Origin: Balanoglossus misakiensis
Lineage: Eukaryota; Animalia; Hemichordata
Assembly: GCA_040954595.2 (NCBI GenBank)
Contig: CM082581.2
Span: 9,279,878-9,343,877, forward strand
Direction of reading: 5' to 3'
DNA length: 64,000 nucleotides
Part shown: in pieces, positions 1 to 15,154 of the stretch
Numbering within the stretch: the first letter of the stretch is position 1
Layout: each line of letters begins with the position of its first letter
Made by a program: the position numbers and the translations under genes
The notes under the pieces: generated by a model
What the model saw: only the letters and a program-made list of their open reading frames with translations
The model's database searches: none
What the model was told of the DNA's origin: nothing

Positions 1-151
1 CAGGGAAACGCCATAGCCGCGATAGTATCATTTCCCCCGAGTCGGTGGCATGGCCACGCCCATAATGAAGTTTCACAGGGTCCTGTCTTGACAGCCGCGA
101 ACACCCGACTGCCCGGATAACTAGCATCCTCGAGTCGAAAAAAGTGGATTT

Positions 152-3100
152 TCATCGGCCTGCTGAAGTTGATGCGTCCAGTTGAAAAGATTCCTTTTCT
201 CGGCTCCATAGCTGGCGCTGTAATGAAACGCAATGGGAAATGTCAATCAATCAATCATTATCAATACAATGGCTTTAGATTTGGAGATACAAATGTGCGG
301 CTGGCCTTTTGTTTCCCAGTTAACTGTTCTATGAAAAGATATAAGATGCAGAGTTGATATTATAGTTGTGTATTTCTTGTGAAACGTATTGTCCCCCAGG
401 AACTGCACACATGTATACATGTACGTTTCACACTCAAAGGTACTTCTACATGAGTTCTGTTCGCATCATGTACCTGTAACTGTTCGACCTGTGTTTTCAG
501 TCTAAGAATTTCAACTTTATATTTGTGATGGTCCATTTCATTATTGACAGTTCTCTCAGTCGTTGTTTGTTCGTTGGCCGACGCGTTGAATCTTGTGCTC
601 ATATCCTCCACTGAATTCTTGTGAATCGTCCACACCTGCATTGAGTGAAATTGAATTGAATGTGAAAAAAGAAGTTACCAAACTGTCTACGATGTTACCA
701 GATGTGGTTCATAACTATATATTAATTCAAAGTATTATTTCTGGATGAAGGCCTTGTCAACTCTCCGCTAGCTGTATACCCACCTTCGGTATAAATACTA
801 GTGCCAAGGTCGCGGTGGTACATACGATGATACAAGCAGCGGTGATGGCGTACTTCACATCAATTTGGTTGTAGTCCAGCAGATTGGTTATGGTGATCCC
901 CAGAACAGACATCACCATGACGTTATACGTGCAAAACCCAATTTGTTTAGAGTCGTTCAACCCTGGTATCTGTACCCTGCGAGTTTCCCACGCCAGGAAT
1001 ATGCCAAAAAGGACTAAAATGCCTGAATGGAAAGGAGTTTAATGTAATTGTTGTTTGGCGGTAGTGGTGGTGGCAGAGGCAGCGAAAGGAATAAAGTATT
1101 GAATGTCGTCAAATTGATAGTTCCATTCTGTCTCCCCCTCCCCATTTGTATTTCACTGATTTCAATTTTTCTATTTCAACAGTGTAATACCTTTGAAAGC
1201 ATACAGTGTGACCAACCAATGGAGATTGTAGACGGATTGGCAATTTGCCAAACTGGGAACTTCATGAACATCTTCCTCTGTTGGATGTTGCTGAGAGGAA
1301 AAAACAGAAACATTTTACAAAATGCTTCCTGCCTGCATTTTATCAAAGGATGAATTGTTGAAAATCGACGCTATCCTTGATTTACAGGGTAAAAGATTTT
1401 TTTTATACACACGCAAGCGGTTGGTTGATTCTTATCAATTTGCGATGGTGTTGTGTCTTTTGGCATTTTACCTTTGGTGGATAGACTTGCACTACCACTC
1501 TTTGTGGATCCACAGCCATCCATGTTATGAGGAGTATACCATCTATGGCCAGGAAGCTACCAACCATGGCAAACAGATGTCCGTCTTTGACAACCTTGTT
1601 GGGACAGAAAATTCATGGACATATGTAAATTTTGCACCGTCCTTGCAAGAAATACAGACGTCATCATTCGCTTGCAATTGCACAGGTCGTTAGCTTGACT
1701 ACAGTCTCCAAGGGACTGTCTGGCTGCCCTGGGGCAAGAAGAGACCTTGGCAAGCGAAGATGTAAAAACACATGCATGAGACCAATGCTTTAGTCCCCCT
1801 GACATTGCCCACGGGAACTTTTTCCTTCCTAAATCAACAAGTATCTGTTAACTCCAAGTTGGACATCCCTTGAGATTCGCCACTACACAAGCAATTTAGG
1901 TGAAGATAATTTTCTATGAATTTGACTGAGAAATAATAACAATTTACCCTCTAGAATTTCTAGGGAACGATCAGCTCTGAAAAATAAGTCTAGAGAACCC
2001 AACAAACCCTGTGGGTCTTTGACAATTACGGAAATTACTTTTACGTGTGATGCGGAGCGTAGCAGCTCACTCTATTATCACTCTCTGTGTTGCTGTAATT
2101 GAGATGTCATCTGCATTGCCTACAGCACACACCTGGAATGCACAACGGGTGGTGATGTTTTTTTCTTTACAGAACTCAACACCAAATCAACATTCATGCT
2201 GTATTTGAAATGCCAGTTGAATCAAGTTACTCATTCGTGTGTCTGTGTCTTACCACAAATTTAAAGGAGTCTATAAAAGCTCTATTAAACCCTTTAGGTT
2301 AATTTTACACATTTTTTGTTCTTTATATCAACTACAGATTTATAAAGTGTTGTCGCAGTCTTGTGTGGATGGACTTGGGTACGATGTTATGCCTCCTAAG
2401 TACAGACAATAGAAGCATACAATACATGTATGCTATGGGTCTGATGATAAGGTAAGCAGCTTATCTGGAAATAGAGCCTATATTGTATGAAGTCAGTATT
2501 GTCATAGCTGAAACCATGGATGAAGAGAAAGTTTTCCACTGAAACCTGATAAGTCCAGACTTAAATTCATTTTTCAGCAATAATTGTTCGAGTTTTCAAT
2601 CATTCATTGATGGAGTCTGCCCGGGAATTAAAAGTATTGAAAATCGATGCGGTCGCCATCTCTCTTACCTTCCGCTCAATTTTCTTGTTGGTGAACAACA
2701 CGTGAACTCGCCATGTTTTGCTGAACATGCTTCCAAAGGCAAGCGTGAATCCGAATACCATAATCCAAATACGAAGCTGTCAATACATTAAATGTCTCAG
2801 AAAATTAGACGATAATTTGAGGTAAACATATTTCAAAGAGTTACAACAATTTGGCTTTTAATGAACCACAGGTGATGAGCGCAGCTTGCGAATTTGCGTA
2901 AACAGTGAAGTCCATATCCGGATGTTTATATGAATTATTGTCCGCAAGTAAATATCAAAAAAAGGTTTGACAACTGATGTTTTTAAGACACCTGAAGTCT
3001 CCATCCGGCTTGGGTACTTGAAATATGATACAGCAAATTTATATACACATATCGATTCAAGGTAATTTTCTCAACCTTCAACCCAGGTGACGCCTTGCGT

Positions 3101-6100
3101 GTGTTTCAAGATATTTTCACAGTAATTTGAAACTGTTTATCAGAGGTAATGCAGGAAGCCCAGATTAAAAACACTATGCCTCAGGCTCTTTGAAGAAATA
3201 CAAATATGATTATGAAAAAGAATATTATAATATACTCCAAACATTGTGAAGAGGATGAAGATAGTTAGTTGTAAACATTATAGAGGACGGGTTCATTCAT
3301 AAATTGCAACAACTGCAATGTGTGAGATGGATTTATACCAAGAGCACAAACCCACAGGTATTGTCAGGTTAGCAGTATTAAATCTCGCTCTAGGGTTTAC
3401 ATAAGTTGAATTCCCAATCGCTGTAGACTTCAGCATTATTCAGATTAACATGAAATACTGGGCTATTTAGAGTTTATTACATATTCAGAAACCTTGGTAC
3501 CATACAGGGTATAAAGTGGAGTGGCCTACATTTCTTTGGGGGTTCATGCATTACCTGTATTGCAAAACAACCCGAGGGATTCTTACTTGAGTTTTACAAC
3601 AATACCGACATGCAGTGACATTCCCTTGAGACTTGGCTCAGCCACCTTGATAAGAATGAAGTGTCGGTCTTTGAAATTTACATTTTCTGGAGACGACGGA
3701 ATACTGGAGGATGCTTTTTGTGTCTTTTTTATGTGCAAATAAACATGTCGAATCTACGTTGATAATACCGTATGTTCCTCCCTTGCTGTTCACAGCCGTG
3801 TCAAGTATATCACTGGTTTAAAGACTGGAATGAAATCAGGTGCATTAGACTTGAAAAGAGGTCCATGTTTGACAAGAAATTACAGACAGGAAAGGAAACT
3901 GTCACGGTAGGTTGTAGTCAATTTCTACCATACTTTTATCCACACCTACTGTTATTCAGGAACATCGGTACGTCGTCGTCATAGTAACCATTGTGCCATC
4001 AAAATTTTCTCAATATTTCCAGAATTGTAAGGCAATAATTTTTGTACATATAAAGTGATGTGCTAGGTTCTTTTGCATTTCATCATCAGGGTACAGGTAA
4101 TATCACTTTTTACAGTATTTAAAAGATTGAAGATTCAGCTCATTATTATATCACACACACACATACACACAGTGACACACACATACACGGACACACAAAC
4201 TCACGCATATATAAGCAAACTGTACACCGTTGAATGAACTCAGTTTCCTTTGGAATACACCAATCTTTTCAGCACTGTCGTGAGGAAACATGATAAACTT
4301 GTATTTTCTTGCGAAATTAATGAAATCTGAAACTAAGTTTCATCGGCATTCAAATATTCGAACACAAAACACTTTGTGCCAGCAAGACGGACATAAAAAT
4401 TCATTGGTTTGCCATTGAAAGGATCTGAAATTGCGGATAAAATATACCGTACTAAGAAACGCCCCAGGTTGGCGAAAGTCTCGTGATGAGCGACTTATCA
4501 GTACGTTCTCCTAACAATATTTATTCTCAAACACCTCAAGGTGTATTATTTTCACTTTCACATTTCTGAACGAACACACCTTTTTCACCACACACAGTCT
4601 TGTCACGCGACAACCTATCCTGTTTTATTAATGTCATACGCCCAAATCCATCTAACAGGAAGTATCATCTTGCATGCAAATCCTCTTTGTATTGAAAGAA
4701 AACTTTTCGTCCCCCTGAGGTAACAAAGCATCAAGACTGTAGAACTGCATGCACAGACACATTCAGGACATACACATATTTTTTGTGAGACACTGTAGCT
4801 GTCAGCAATTCGCATTCATTCTTACCAACCCACTACACTCAACATCATCATTGTATTCAAACTGAAAGGTGGTGATTTGTGGGAAATTTCACCAAATACT
4901 TCCTTTTTTCTTGTGGATGTTTATCCTAAAGGAAACTAGCGATAGTTTTGTTAGGAGCGAATTTGATACCATTTTGTGATCACTTCCCCCGCTTGTCATG
5001 TTGTTGTTTCACTTTTTGAGGGTGTAGTAATATATTACTTGAGGAAAATTTGAAAACTTTTTGTTGGAATGTTGTATGTACCTTCAGTTAGCCAATGGGT
5101 GAGACGCCTGGGCTGCGATTCATGAAGTGTGCATCAGCCAGAGTTTGCTATAATTCCGTCGGACTCATGCAGTGACTTCATTGATAATCGTAATCGGACA
5201 GTAAGTCCATTGGAGAAAGCCAGCACGTCTGACAGTTCGTGACATAGAGCGGCTAGACAGCGTGGGAGGGATTGAATTGATGGCAGCAGAGACGTGTGCT
5301 GACTGACCATCAAATCAGGAGGTGACATTTTACAAGCCCTCCTATGTACGTCCCAGGGAACATGCCTCGAGCAAGCCAGTATGAGCGCGATCATGAAATC
5401 AGGCGTGATTGCCTATACAGAAATGCACCATTTAACAATATGGTGCCTATTTAATGCATTTAGAGTGTGTCAATCTAACAGCAGCAGTGTAAATACTTAC
5501 ATTGCATACAAAAGATAGTTGTTTGTTGCTGAGGGTGTTCGAATCCATTCCTAACAAGATGGCTGCCACGTAGGTCAGCAGGCATCCCAGTATTATCAAG
5601 TTATTGAGGCGAGGTGATGACATCTTTATGAACCTGCGCAAATGTGCCAAGAAAAAGCATCAATGCTATATTTGTAGACTAGTTGTTAAACTGCGTTTCT
5701 TGATACATGTACTTGTAAAACTATGAGTGCTTCAGAGATGAATTTTTAAAAATGACCATAGGTTCAAATGTTTTTGAACTGTCTCGCTTTATCAGCGAAG
5801 GAGGCCTAGGCAGACTCGGAAGCACACGTGTTGCCATAGCAACAATCAATAGTTAAAACTTCCAGTCCCCCTTTTTACCAACTCCCCCCTCCCATTTTGA
5901 ATCTGTCATTGAGATATTGTTTTTAAACCCTGTAGGATAGAAATGAGAAATCCAAACGAAATACGCACAAGAAACCGCACATCAATTTATCATATTAGGT
6001 TAAATGTCTGTTTAGCTTATCGCAAGACAGCACTATATCATGTTCTCCCATCAGACATTTTAATACTGTTGTTGATTTTTAGCAGACAAAAGTAGATAAT

Positions 6101-9100
6101 AATGGATTCCTAGCAGCTGGTGGGTCTACAGCCCCTTGAGAGACTTATTGATGGATGAAAAGCCAAGGAAGATAAGGGCCAAGTTGTCTCAAGGGCCACA
6201 TTTTCAGATGAACACATATCACTCCCAGAGCTCATTTTGTAGTATCCATATTTGATATATCATTGACAAAGAAAATATATTTTCCCTTTGTGATGTACCA
6301 CAGCACCGGGAGGAGGCCAATTATTTAGAGTGTTTTCCGGTATCAGGAATGTTACTCCCATTCAGGGATCAGGTTCAACGTCGGAGTAATTGTTGGTGGA
6401 TAAAATATTCAGAAGAACCATTTTTGTTTGTTTATTTGTTTGTTTTAATGGTCTGAAATGTTTGGCTGTGGCATAAAATGAAACTATTTTTCAGCTGATC
6501 CTAAATTTTTAGCCCGATTAGGCATCTCTAATAAAATGCAGTTGATCATTAAAAAATCATGTCGATGTTAAAACTCAACTGGAGCATCATATAGAATCTA
6601 TGTGATTTTCCAAGAACCTTGACCAATTACACAATCTCAGTTGGCTAGTCTTTAGGGATGGATTACTTTGGGGATCTTCAAAATCACATCTGAAGTAATA
6701 GGTTTGTTAATAGGCAAGCTTATTTAAGTGTGGGTCCGTGTTACAATTATTATTCTTGTTGAGGCAGTGACGCCTCTCTAGTCACGCACAAGTGAAAAAA
6801 CTAACAAAGGTAATCATCCATGGCTAAGAATTTTCTCAGCCAAGTTGATTGCAACGACTCCTTCATGTGCAACTTCCAAACCGTTTACTCCATAAAACTC
6901 AAAAATTGTTCTGATTTTATGTAAGCTATGGAGTGAAGAGACTGGAGAATCTGTATGTGGAAAAGAATAAATTGTGAAATTGCTTCCGTGAAAACGATGG
7001 AGGTATAGTCCCTACCTGTGGGATCGATATGTGATGTTGAACCACAGACAGAAAAGGCAGAAACAGATGCCCAGCGATGACAGGATCGCTATGGAGATGA
7101 ATTCTCCGGGAGTAATTCCCAGAGTCTTTGGCCGGTGGACGACCGAGTCGACCGGTGGACCTCCACCTGGGAAAATAGACAAACAGAATGACTAGTGATT
7201 TCAGAAGAGAAATTGACAATATATAAACACTTCTAGTAGTTCTACGTGTCTAATAGTAATCCCACCATTCATAACAATACAACAGCAAAGCAGGACACTA
7301 TAAAGTATTTCACGTCACGTGTACGCCATGCATGACAGTACAATATGGAAATAGTTCACTTTGTTTGAACAGCAACATTGATGACACTATATATTGTATC
7401 AAAATGGCACACCCAGTGATAATTTGCAGAAATATATTCATGACTACTGTGTCAAAGCAGAAGATTCAGCATGACAATACCTTGCCAAAGAATCGGGTTA
7501 TCTTGATCCCACTTGATGGTGTCCGTGTAGGCTTCGTACATAGCAATTTGGACCGCTTCACCCCCTGTAGGTGAAAGATAAAGTTTGAAACCTCAGGGCA
7601 CTGTCCTGAAGGAGTTCCTGACAAAATTGCATGTAACTTGTTAATTGCGTTGCCTCGTTTTGCATTGTGTTGTACTACTGTATACGGCCAGTACTGTTTA
7701 ATACAGTCCTATTCTCTGTGGGCCAGTTGCAAATTGCCTTCAGACATACCCTGAATTTGGTAAATAATCACTCTGCCTTCTCGGTCTCCTTCACTTGTAA
7801 ATTGTACCGGACCCTAAACACAAGTAGAGGAGAGATCAGACAGATTTCACATACAGTTGAATACTGATTATAACTCACAACCCAAACAATCAAAATGCCA
7901 GTAAAAATAGCTGCTGAAACTCCATCATCGTCCAATTTTTTTCTGGAGCCAAGTACCGGTATATTCAGTATTGCAGATGAATCAACTAGTTTTGTGTTTC
8001 ACCCCTGAGCCACAATGGAATATCCATGCAGTATTTGGCCTAAATTACGAAATTTATAAATTGAATCACATTTTCACTCTGGACAATTGAGTTTAGACGT
8101 AAATTGAGTCGACACCATTAACAATAATGGTTGTACTACATACCGTAACACCGACAAATTGTGTTTTTAACATGTTCTCGTAAAACACGTTTGCCATTTC
8201 GTCATCCTCGTAAGTAAAATCTTCAAGTATTTTGGTGCCGGGCAAGTTTTCTATGGATGCGTTGAGTGCAAGGGCGATCGCCCAAATAGCGTCATAGGCG
8301 CATGATGAGTACACGGAGTTGAAGTCTTGTCCCCCGCCATATATTGTCTCCAGTCTGTGGTCAAGTTCGGCTTGAAACTCACCAGGTGTCTGAGTGCATG
8401 TGCAAAGAAATGGAGTGTGTGTGACACAAGGCATTCGTAGACAAAAATTTGAATGAAGGCTCCATATTGGCTGTAACATTCAGCTTTATTGTCTGAATTT
8501 TTATTCGTGTAAATGTTGAGATTCTGAAGAAAGATCCCTTCGATTTGGGTTTATACACTGCAGATATGCATGGTCGTCAGGATACATACCAATATATTGT
8601 ATAGGTGAAGTGTCTCGTCACGCAATATTCAGATCACAGCGAAGCAGAAAATCTCGACCATGCAATGCATGATTTCAAAATGGGATCAAAGGACTGCCCG
8701 GTACATTCCAAGAAACGAATTACGATAATTCTTCACATGCAGTTGTGAAATATTTATAGCAGTACTCCAGGGGAACACATTGTGTTGTGGTGTTTGGAGG
8801 CACGCAATGGACAATTAGTAAACACGTACATGTACACTCTTTTTTACGGTGTTAGGTTACATATATTATGGGGATTTAGTGAAAGTCTGCACGAGAAAGA
8901 GTAATTCATCACGACATGTGTTCATACATTTTTACAGAAAAGAAGACATCACATTCACACTGTAACGGTATTAGTTACATACAATATGATGTAACGTTGA
9001 ATAGGGTAATGGGTTTTTGCATCATGCAGCAATAGCGGCTGGTTCGCATTGAAATAAGATTCCCATGAGTGAATGCGGTATTTGTTCCTAACTGAATGCA

Positions 9101-12100
9101 TGTGCAACGAAATATTGGATTGCTAATGGCTCCAGATTCTAGCTCAGGATGGCAAAGTTGAACTAAGGGGTAGTTGTCAGGTCCTGGACCAAAGTGAATT
9201 AACTTGAACATTTTGTGACATATAAATACCTTTGAATATATAAACGTGCGTAAAGATCATGATCTGTGGCATAACGCTTATGACCCCAAGTAGATACGCC
9301 CCTGATTGGGCGGTCGTACTTATACCGGTATATGCAATCCTGATCCAGAACCAGGACTGTTGATGCACTTAGATTTAGCCATAGGTTATATAATTTCTCC
9401 ATGGAAAACATGGAACTTTATATAGCTGACAAACCAAAACTTTTACGTACATGGCCCGATATGGCTATTTCATCCTCTTCACCAAGGTACGAATGATCTG
9501 TTATGATGGCACCCTCCGCCACGGCAAGCATGTCATCTTCAGAGCAGCCATAGTCTTCAGAATTTATAAGCCAGAAGTTGTCAAGCTGTCCCCCGGTTAA
9601 AAACCACTGATATTTCGAACCGTACAACCCGGCTTTGAATGCCTGCAACATAGAATGTAAGGTAGGCAAGATTTATTGAATGTGAGTAAGAGTTAAAAGA
9701 GGCCAGACTCGGTTAGCATCTTATAACTTACTTCGCAAAGGACCTCGCTCCCATAATTCATTGCAATGATTATGCGGGCATTTGCAGTTTTCAGTTGCTT
9801 GATCTGTCCACTGGGATCTGTTGTGTACGTGGTGGCTGCCATCACGGTTATGTTGAACACGTCAAGGAGTTCGTGAAACTCTTCCATTACGCTCGTGAAG
9901 AGGGATTCGTCTTTGGCGATGGTGCCGACAACACTCCAGCCGAAATACTGCAGTAGCGCCAATCTTGCGGGGTTGTTCGTGTTGTCTGACTGCACAGTGC
10001 GAAAAAGTGTCGGATATTTGACAGTGTTTGACAGACCAGCTGACGTCACACTCGGAGATACCTGAGAGCGAAAAGACAACAGATCATTTTACACTTGCAA
10101 GAGAGACTTTTAAAGGCCCATAATTGTTAATGTGGGCACTTGCAACAGTAGGCAATTGTCTGCAGCACACGAAACTGTTTATTTGGAAACAAAAGGAAAA
10201 CAGTCATATATCCAAAACATACAGTCAAATTAACTGGAAAAAAATTGCCGTACAAATTGACATGAATTAAAACACCTAAGGTAGACTTCACATAGATTTG
10301 TGTATTTTGTATGACATCTGGTATTTGGTGCCTCATCATAAATAATGAAAGACATCTGTATCTGATGTTGGTTTGATGTACGTTATGAGGTTATCACGTG
10401 TCTAACTGACAATATTTGCGCCATTGAAAAACAGATGTATGCATGCGTTGCAAAGCAAAGTAACCCTGCCTCTCTTTGTGGTTGACTTCGTTTGAAGAAT
10501 GAGTATGGCCAGGTAAATTGGAAGCCTTAGTGACTCGCATTGCCTTCGTTACTACGAAAACGTGTAAAGAAGCTTTGGCGCCTCTATACAGATAAGCTTA
10601 CTTAAGTGCATGGCACTGAGTTTTTGTGCCTTGTCTTCATTCAGACATACTGCCATGGACTGTGAAGAATCCTTCACCTTCGGTGACATTGAAACCACAT
10701 GACTTCTTGGAACTCTCCAAAATGCCACAGCCTTAAATATCTTTTTTGAGAAAGTTTCAGTTTGTGCGTTCTCAGAGATTAGTATACGCGACAGTCTAGT
10801 GAAGTCAGCTCACCGCCATCGGGGCAAATATACATGTGAATTTAATGCTGACGTAATGCCGAAAAGGCACGTAGTGTTCCCCCATTACTGAGACAGTTTA
10901 ACCCCCAAGCACTCTTGTGTTTTCAACATAAACCAGTCAGTGGAGACTATAGCATTGCACAGTTTTCCTGATTGACCTTTGGATTGTGTTTTAATCTTCT
11001 GTGTTAATTAAATTAATTTGTTTGATAGAAATGTCTGACACACACCCAGAAATTTCCTGATACAGACAGTGTCATACACTTCTCTTCCTCCCTCTCTCTC
11101 CCTCCCTCCTCTCTTAACCATCCCCAGCATTGCACCCCTCTCTTTATCTCTCTCTGCCACCCCTCCACCTATATATATAGCTGGTGACGTCAACACTGTT
11201 GTGTATGTAACCAGGTCACCAAAATGTTGGATGTGGATATATATATATGCTTTGTCCATTCAAAATAACCATGGAGTCGATCTTTTCTGACCAAACAAAT
11301 CAGGTAATCCCCCGAAGGCCTTAAAATTCAGCTACTTTGACCATTAGTTAGATTATTCTAGGGATCTTGTAAAACTTCATTACCGTTATTGTTGTAGAAA
11401 GAAGCCTGAAGCTTTGCATCAAATCTTCACGAAATATCATTTGAACTACAGCACCATCTAAAATCGTAATTTGATTGGGAAAATAGCATGGAAATCAATA
11501 CTACAGTAATGGCTTTGTCAGCCACAGGCTTTTCCTGGGGCAGCAGCAACCACTTTTGGGGATGGGGGGATTCCACCAACTCTATCTATCAGTAAGTGCA
11601 TTTTCGAGGGAAATTTTGGGCCTTTATAGCGCCCTACACTCCAGCGATAGTGGACAGCTACTAAATTTTGAATGGGTGAGTGATAACATTTCGCCACAAT
11701 CTAAAGTCAAAGAGTTGGGTTTTCAAAGAATTTCAATGTTATATCTATTGATATCTCGATGAATCTGCTGTCTGAAATTATCATCAGTACCTTAATTCAC
11801 CAGCCACGGGATATACATGGATACTGGCTGTACTAGCTCCCAAAACAAACTTGTGTGACGTCATGGTTTCTAGGAGATGCATGTAGAATACGTATACTTC
11901 TTAAATGAACCCCCAATTCAGAAATGTCAAGCCTGTAATAGTCATATTATAGTGCAATTGTCCTGTATCGCTGTCGTTAAGGCAAGTCACACCAATCAAA
12001 GATGGTGACACAGATGGAAATTAGTTAGATATACGTAAAGTCACTCTCTTTCCAAGTATATAATGATACACTTTGCCTACATATTATAAGGCGACGTGGT

Positions 12101-15100
12101 CAGATGAATAAAAGTCACTCTCATTCCATGAGTATGTGATATACTTTGCCTAACTTTATGAGGCAATGAAAAACTGACCCCCTTTCATATTTGATCAAGC
12201 GCTTCTACCTGTGTTCTTCTGCATTGCCTTTCTCTGAGAGTGCGCAGAATACACGTTGCCAAGCAACTGTCTCTCCTTCATATCACCCAGCATTTCTCTT
12301 CTATAACATTCCATTCACCCTTTTGATGACAAGTACCTGTCATCCATTCTTGTGAGCCAGGTCTTTTTTTCTTGGACTTCCTTTTCCCTGGTATTGCTCG
12401 ACATGTCATATTATTTCCTTGTCCTTTGTTGTAAAGAGGTGTGTAGTTAACAACAATGCTGTCGCCAGCCACTAGATCTGTCCAGGCTGATTTCAATTAC
12501 CTGATTAAGTCAATAGTTGATTCACTCATTCAATCAAGTTATTGCTTTCAGTTCTCCTTGCCGCGAGAGTGATACGGTGCGTCGCGGTGAGATAAAAGTT
12601 AAGTTGAAGAAATGAGGTCATATTGTAATTCCATCCGTAGTCTCTCTTCTTTCACGAGGTACAGGTAGAACATTTCTCCCTAATTGAGTTACCCCTTTCC
12701 TGGTTGCAGTCCGTGCTTCGTTCAAAATTGTATTTTTCAATACTTTTAATGCAATATGAACTTTACATATGCCATACGATGCTGTCCAAATTACTATTGC
12801 TTAATTGATTCAACGTGATTGGCGCACAGTAATATCAGGTGGCACAAGGCCAAAGTAAACAAAATCAGCATCTTTTGGAGCTCATTAAATCAAAGACACA
12901 CATAGTGGTCACTTGATGAAGAAGAAAGTGGGACAGCAAGAAAAACCACCACTGCTGGCATTAATTTGTATATTACCCTCCGATAATTGTTGCAACCCCA
13001 CCCCCACCCTCCCCATCACTCACCTGAATCAGGTTATAAAGCGGTGCAGTCTGCGAGATAACCTCTGCAACACCTGAAGATATTGGACCGTAGACCATGT
13101 ACATTTGAGGTCCGCTGAAGATGTTGTCCATCAAGAACTTATTTGCCAGTCCCGGTGTCTGAAAAATGCAATTGCGGTATGATTTATTTCACAGTCCGTT
13201 TTAAGCTCTGATAAAAACAAGAAATAGTCTCCCCGTTGTCCCAGTATCCAGTGTAATTCTCATCAACACCATAAAACATGGTAGTGTCCATGGTAGATGT
13301 AACTTCTGGCAATTTATGTTTGCACACAATTTTCGTCAGGTACTGTTTTTGTTCAACTCCCCAGACACGTTGACACGCAACATGGATTGCTCTACATATA
13401 GCTAGAATTATGTAGTACTGATAATTCTAGCTGTAAAGTATTTTAGCCATCAGCAAAACAGTATGTGACAGGACAAATGTGTCGGGGAGGTAAATGGCCC
13501 ACACGTCAGATCCCAGGAGAACAAAATCACTGAGAAGTTTTGCATATTCCGCTTTTGTATGTTAATAACAAAATCCTTGCCCATCTTTTTTTTTCATGAA
13601 GGAGACTTAAACTGTGTATGCTTGGAGGCATCGAAGGATCTCGGGCTCGCGAAAGCCAAGCATCAAAGGGCTCCTTTTATATAATGATGATAGGCTGGCC
13701 ATGGTTACCAAGCAACGGGAAATCAGACAGATGAGGGAGATGGAGCAAGATTTCATTGCAACTTCAACAAGGCTATCGCAGAGTAAATGTTTGTGTATTG
13801 AGCAATGTACGTCTCTTCTGCTGGGAAGGTCAGAGGGCTGAGACGTCCAGGAAGACATGTATGTATTATCTCTCACCTATGAAACCTGATCAGTTACCCT
13901 GAGCCCTGTATATGTTTACACTTGTGTATAGGATTAAATGTCAATGTTTCTGCATAAAAGCATCACACACAGAATGTCGTTTAGAAGTTTGACATACGAC
14001 TGGCTGAACATTTTGCTGTGTTTCATAGACGTTAAACGGATATGTATATAATCAGACGATTAATCCTTTAACAATCTTGTGTCATGCAACTCCACAGAAC
14101 AGATAAGTTAACATTGCCATCCGTGACAATCAAGCGTGTATTTCATCTAAGCCATTAACAAGTAACGCATGCATGTTGTATTCCCAAATTTGAGCAAACA
14201 CGCTTGTATTTTACAGGCCTTGTGGGAATGTGACAGATTGTTTACATGTGAAAGGTGACACTGAAAGAATGATTTTTTATGAGGTGACGCAAAACATACA
14301 GATTTGGGCGACAGCATAGAGTTACAACATGAATGCAAATATCGGCAAACCTTACACAGTTAGATAGAAGACGTCACACTCACGGATGCCTGTGGATTTT
14401 GAATTTTACACCAAGCGATTTTTTTATACAATCTCTTGAATGTTAAAAGCTATGAAATGGGCAATGAGCATTCGAAGGGAAAAATCACAGTTCGTAGTGA
14501 CATATTTTGTTGAAAGAAACATGGATTGGTGATAGAATACTGAAGCCCGTGAAATCTGTGATCATGTGCAGGGCACTGGCATAAAATGCTATGCACGTGT
14601 ATAGCCCATACGTTTCGCAATTTGGCGCGATTTTGTCTTCGTTGTACTCTTTTTCACAAATTTACAAGCGACAAGCATCGTGTTCATCTCCTGAAATATG
14701 CTCAATTGCTGTGTGGTGCAGTCTTCGTACAAGTTGTAAGTATTTACCTTAAACAGTCCACAGTTTATCATGTACTTTTGTTTTTCAACTGTTAGGAAAA
14801 AGTAGCAAACATGGTGGTTTTCGCTTGCCTTCCTGCCCGTGCGACGACAACTTATTCTTTAATTTCTTGTAAATTTTTATTTTATTTGCTGTCCACTACC
14901 AAAGCTTACAAAAATGTTCTCTGATTTACAGAGTTTTAATTTTTATGGCAGAGATAAAACTGACGTCAGCTGGTGTTTACGAGTGTATTCGTAACTGGGC
15001 CACTCGTAGAACGCGGGTTCTCAGTGGAAACGTTTATCTCTGCAGAAGCTGAGAAAATAATAGATGGTGAATGTTGTCTCATGTCAGTTACATGTAATGA

Positions 15101-15118
15101 TAGTCATATAAACTAACG

Positions 15119-15154
<36 letters not shown>

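Noticed and set aside
10346-10367. TGAAAGACAT resembling the miR-71 5' end
   Set aside because: The 3' half does not match and no hairpin partner is evident.
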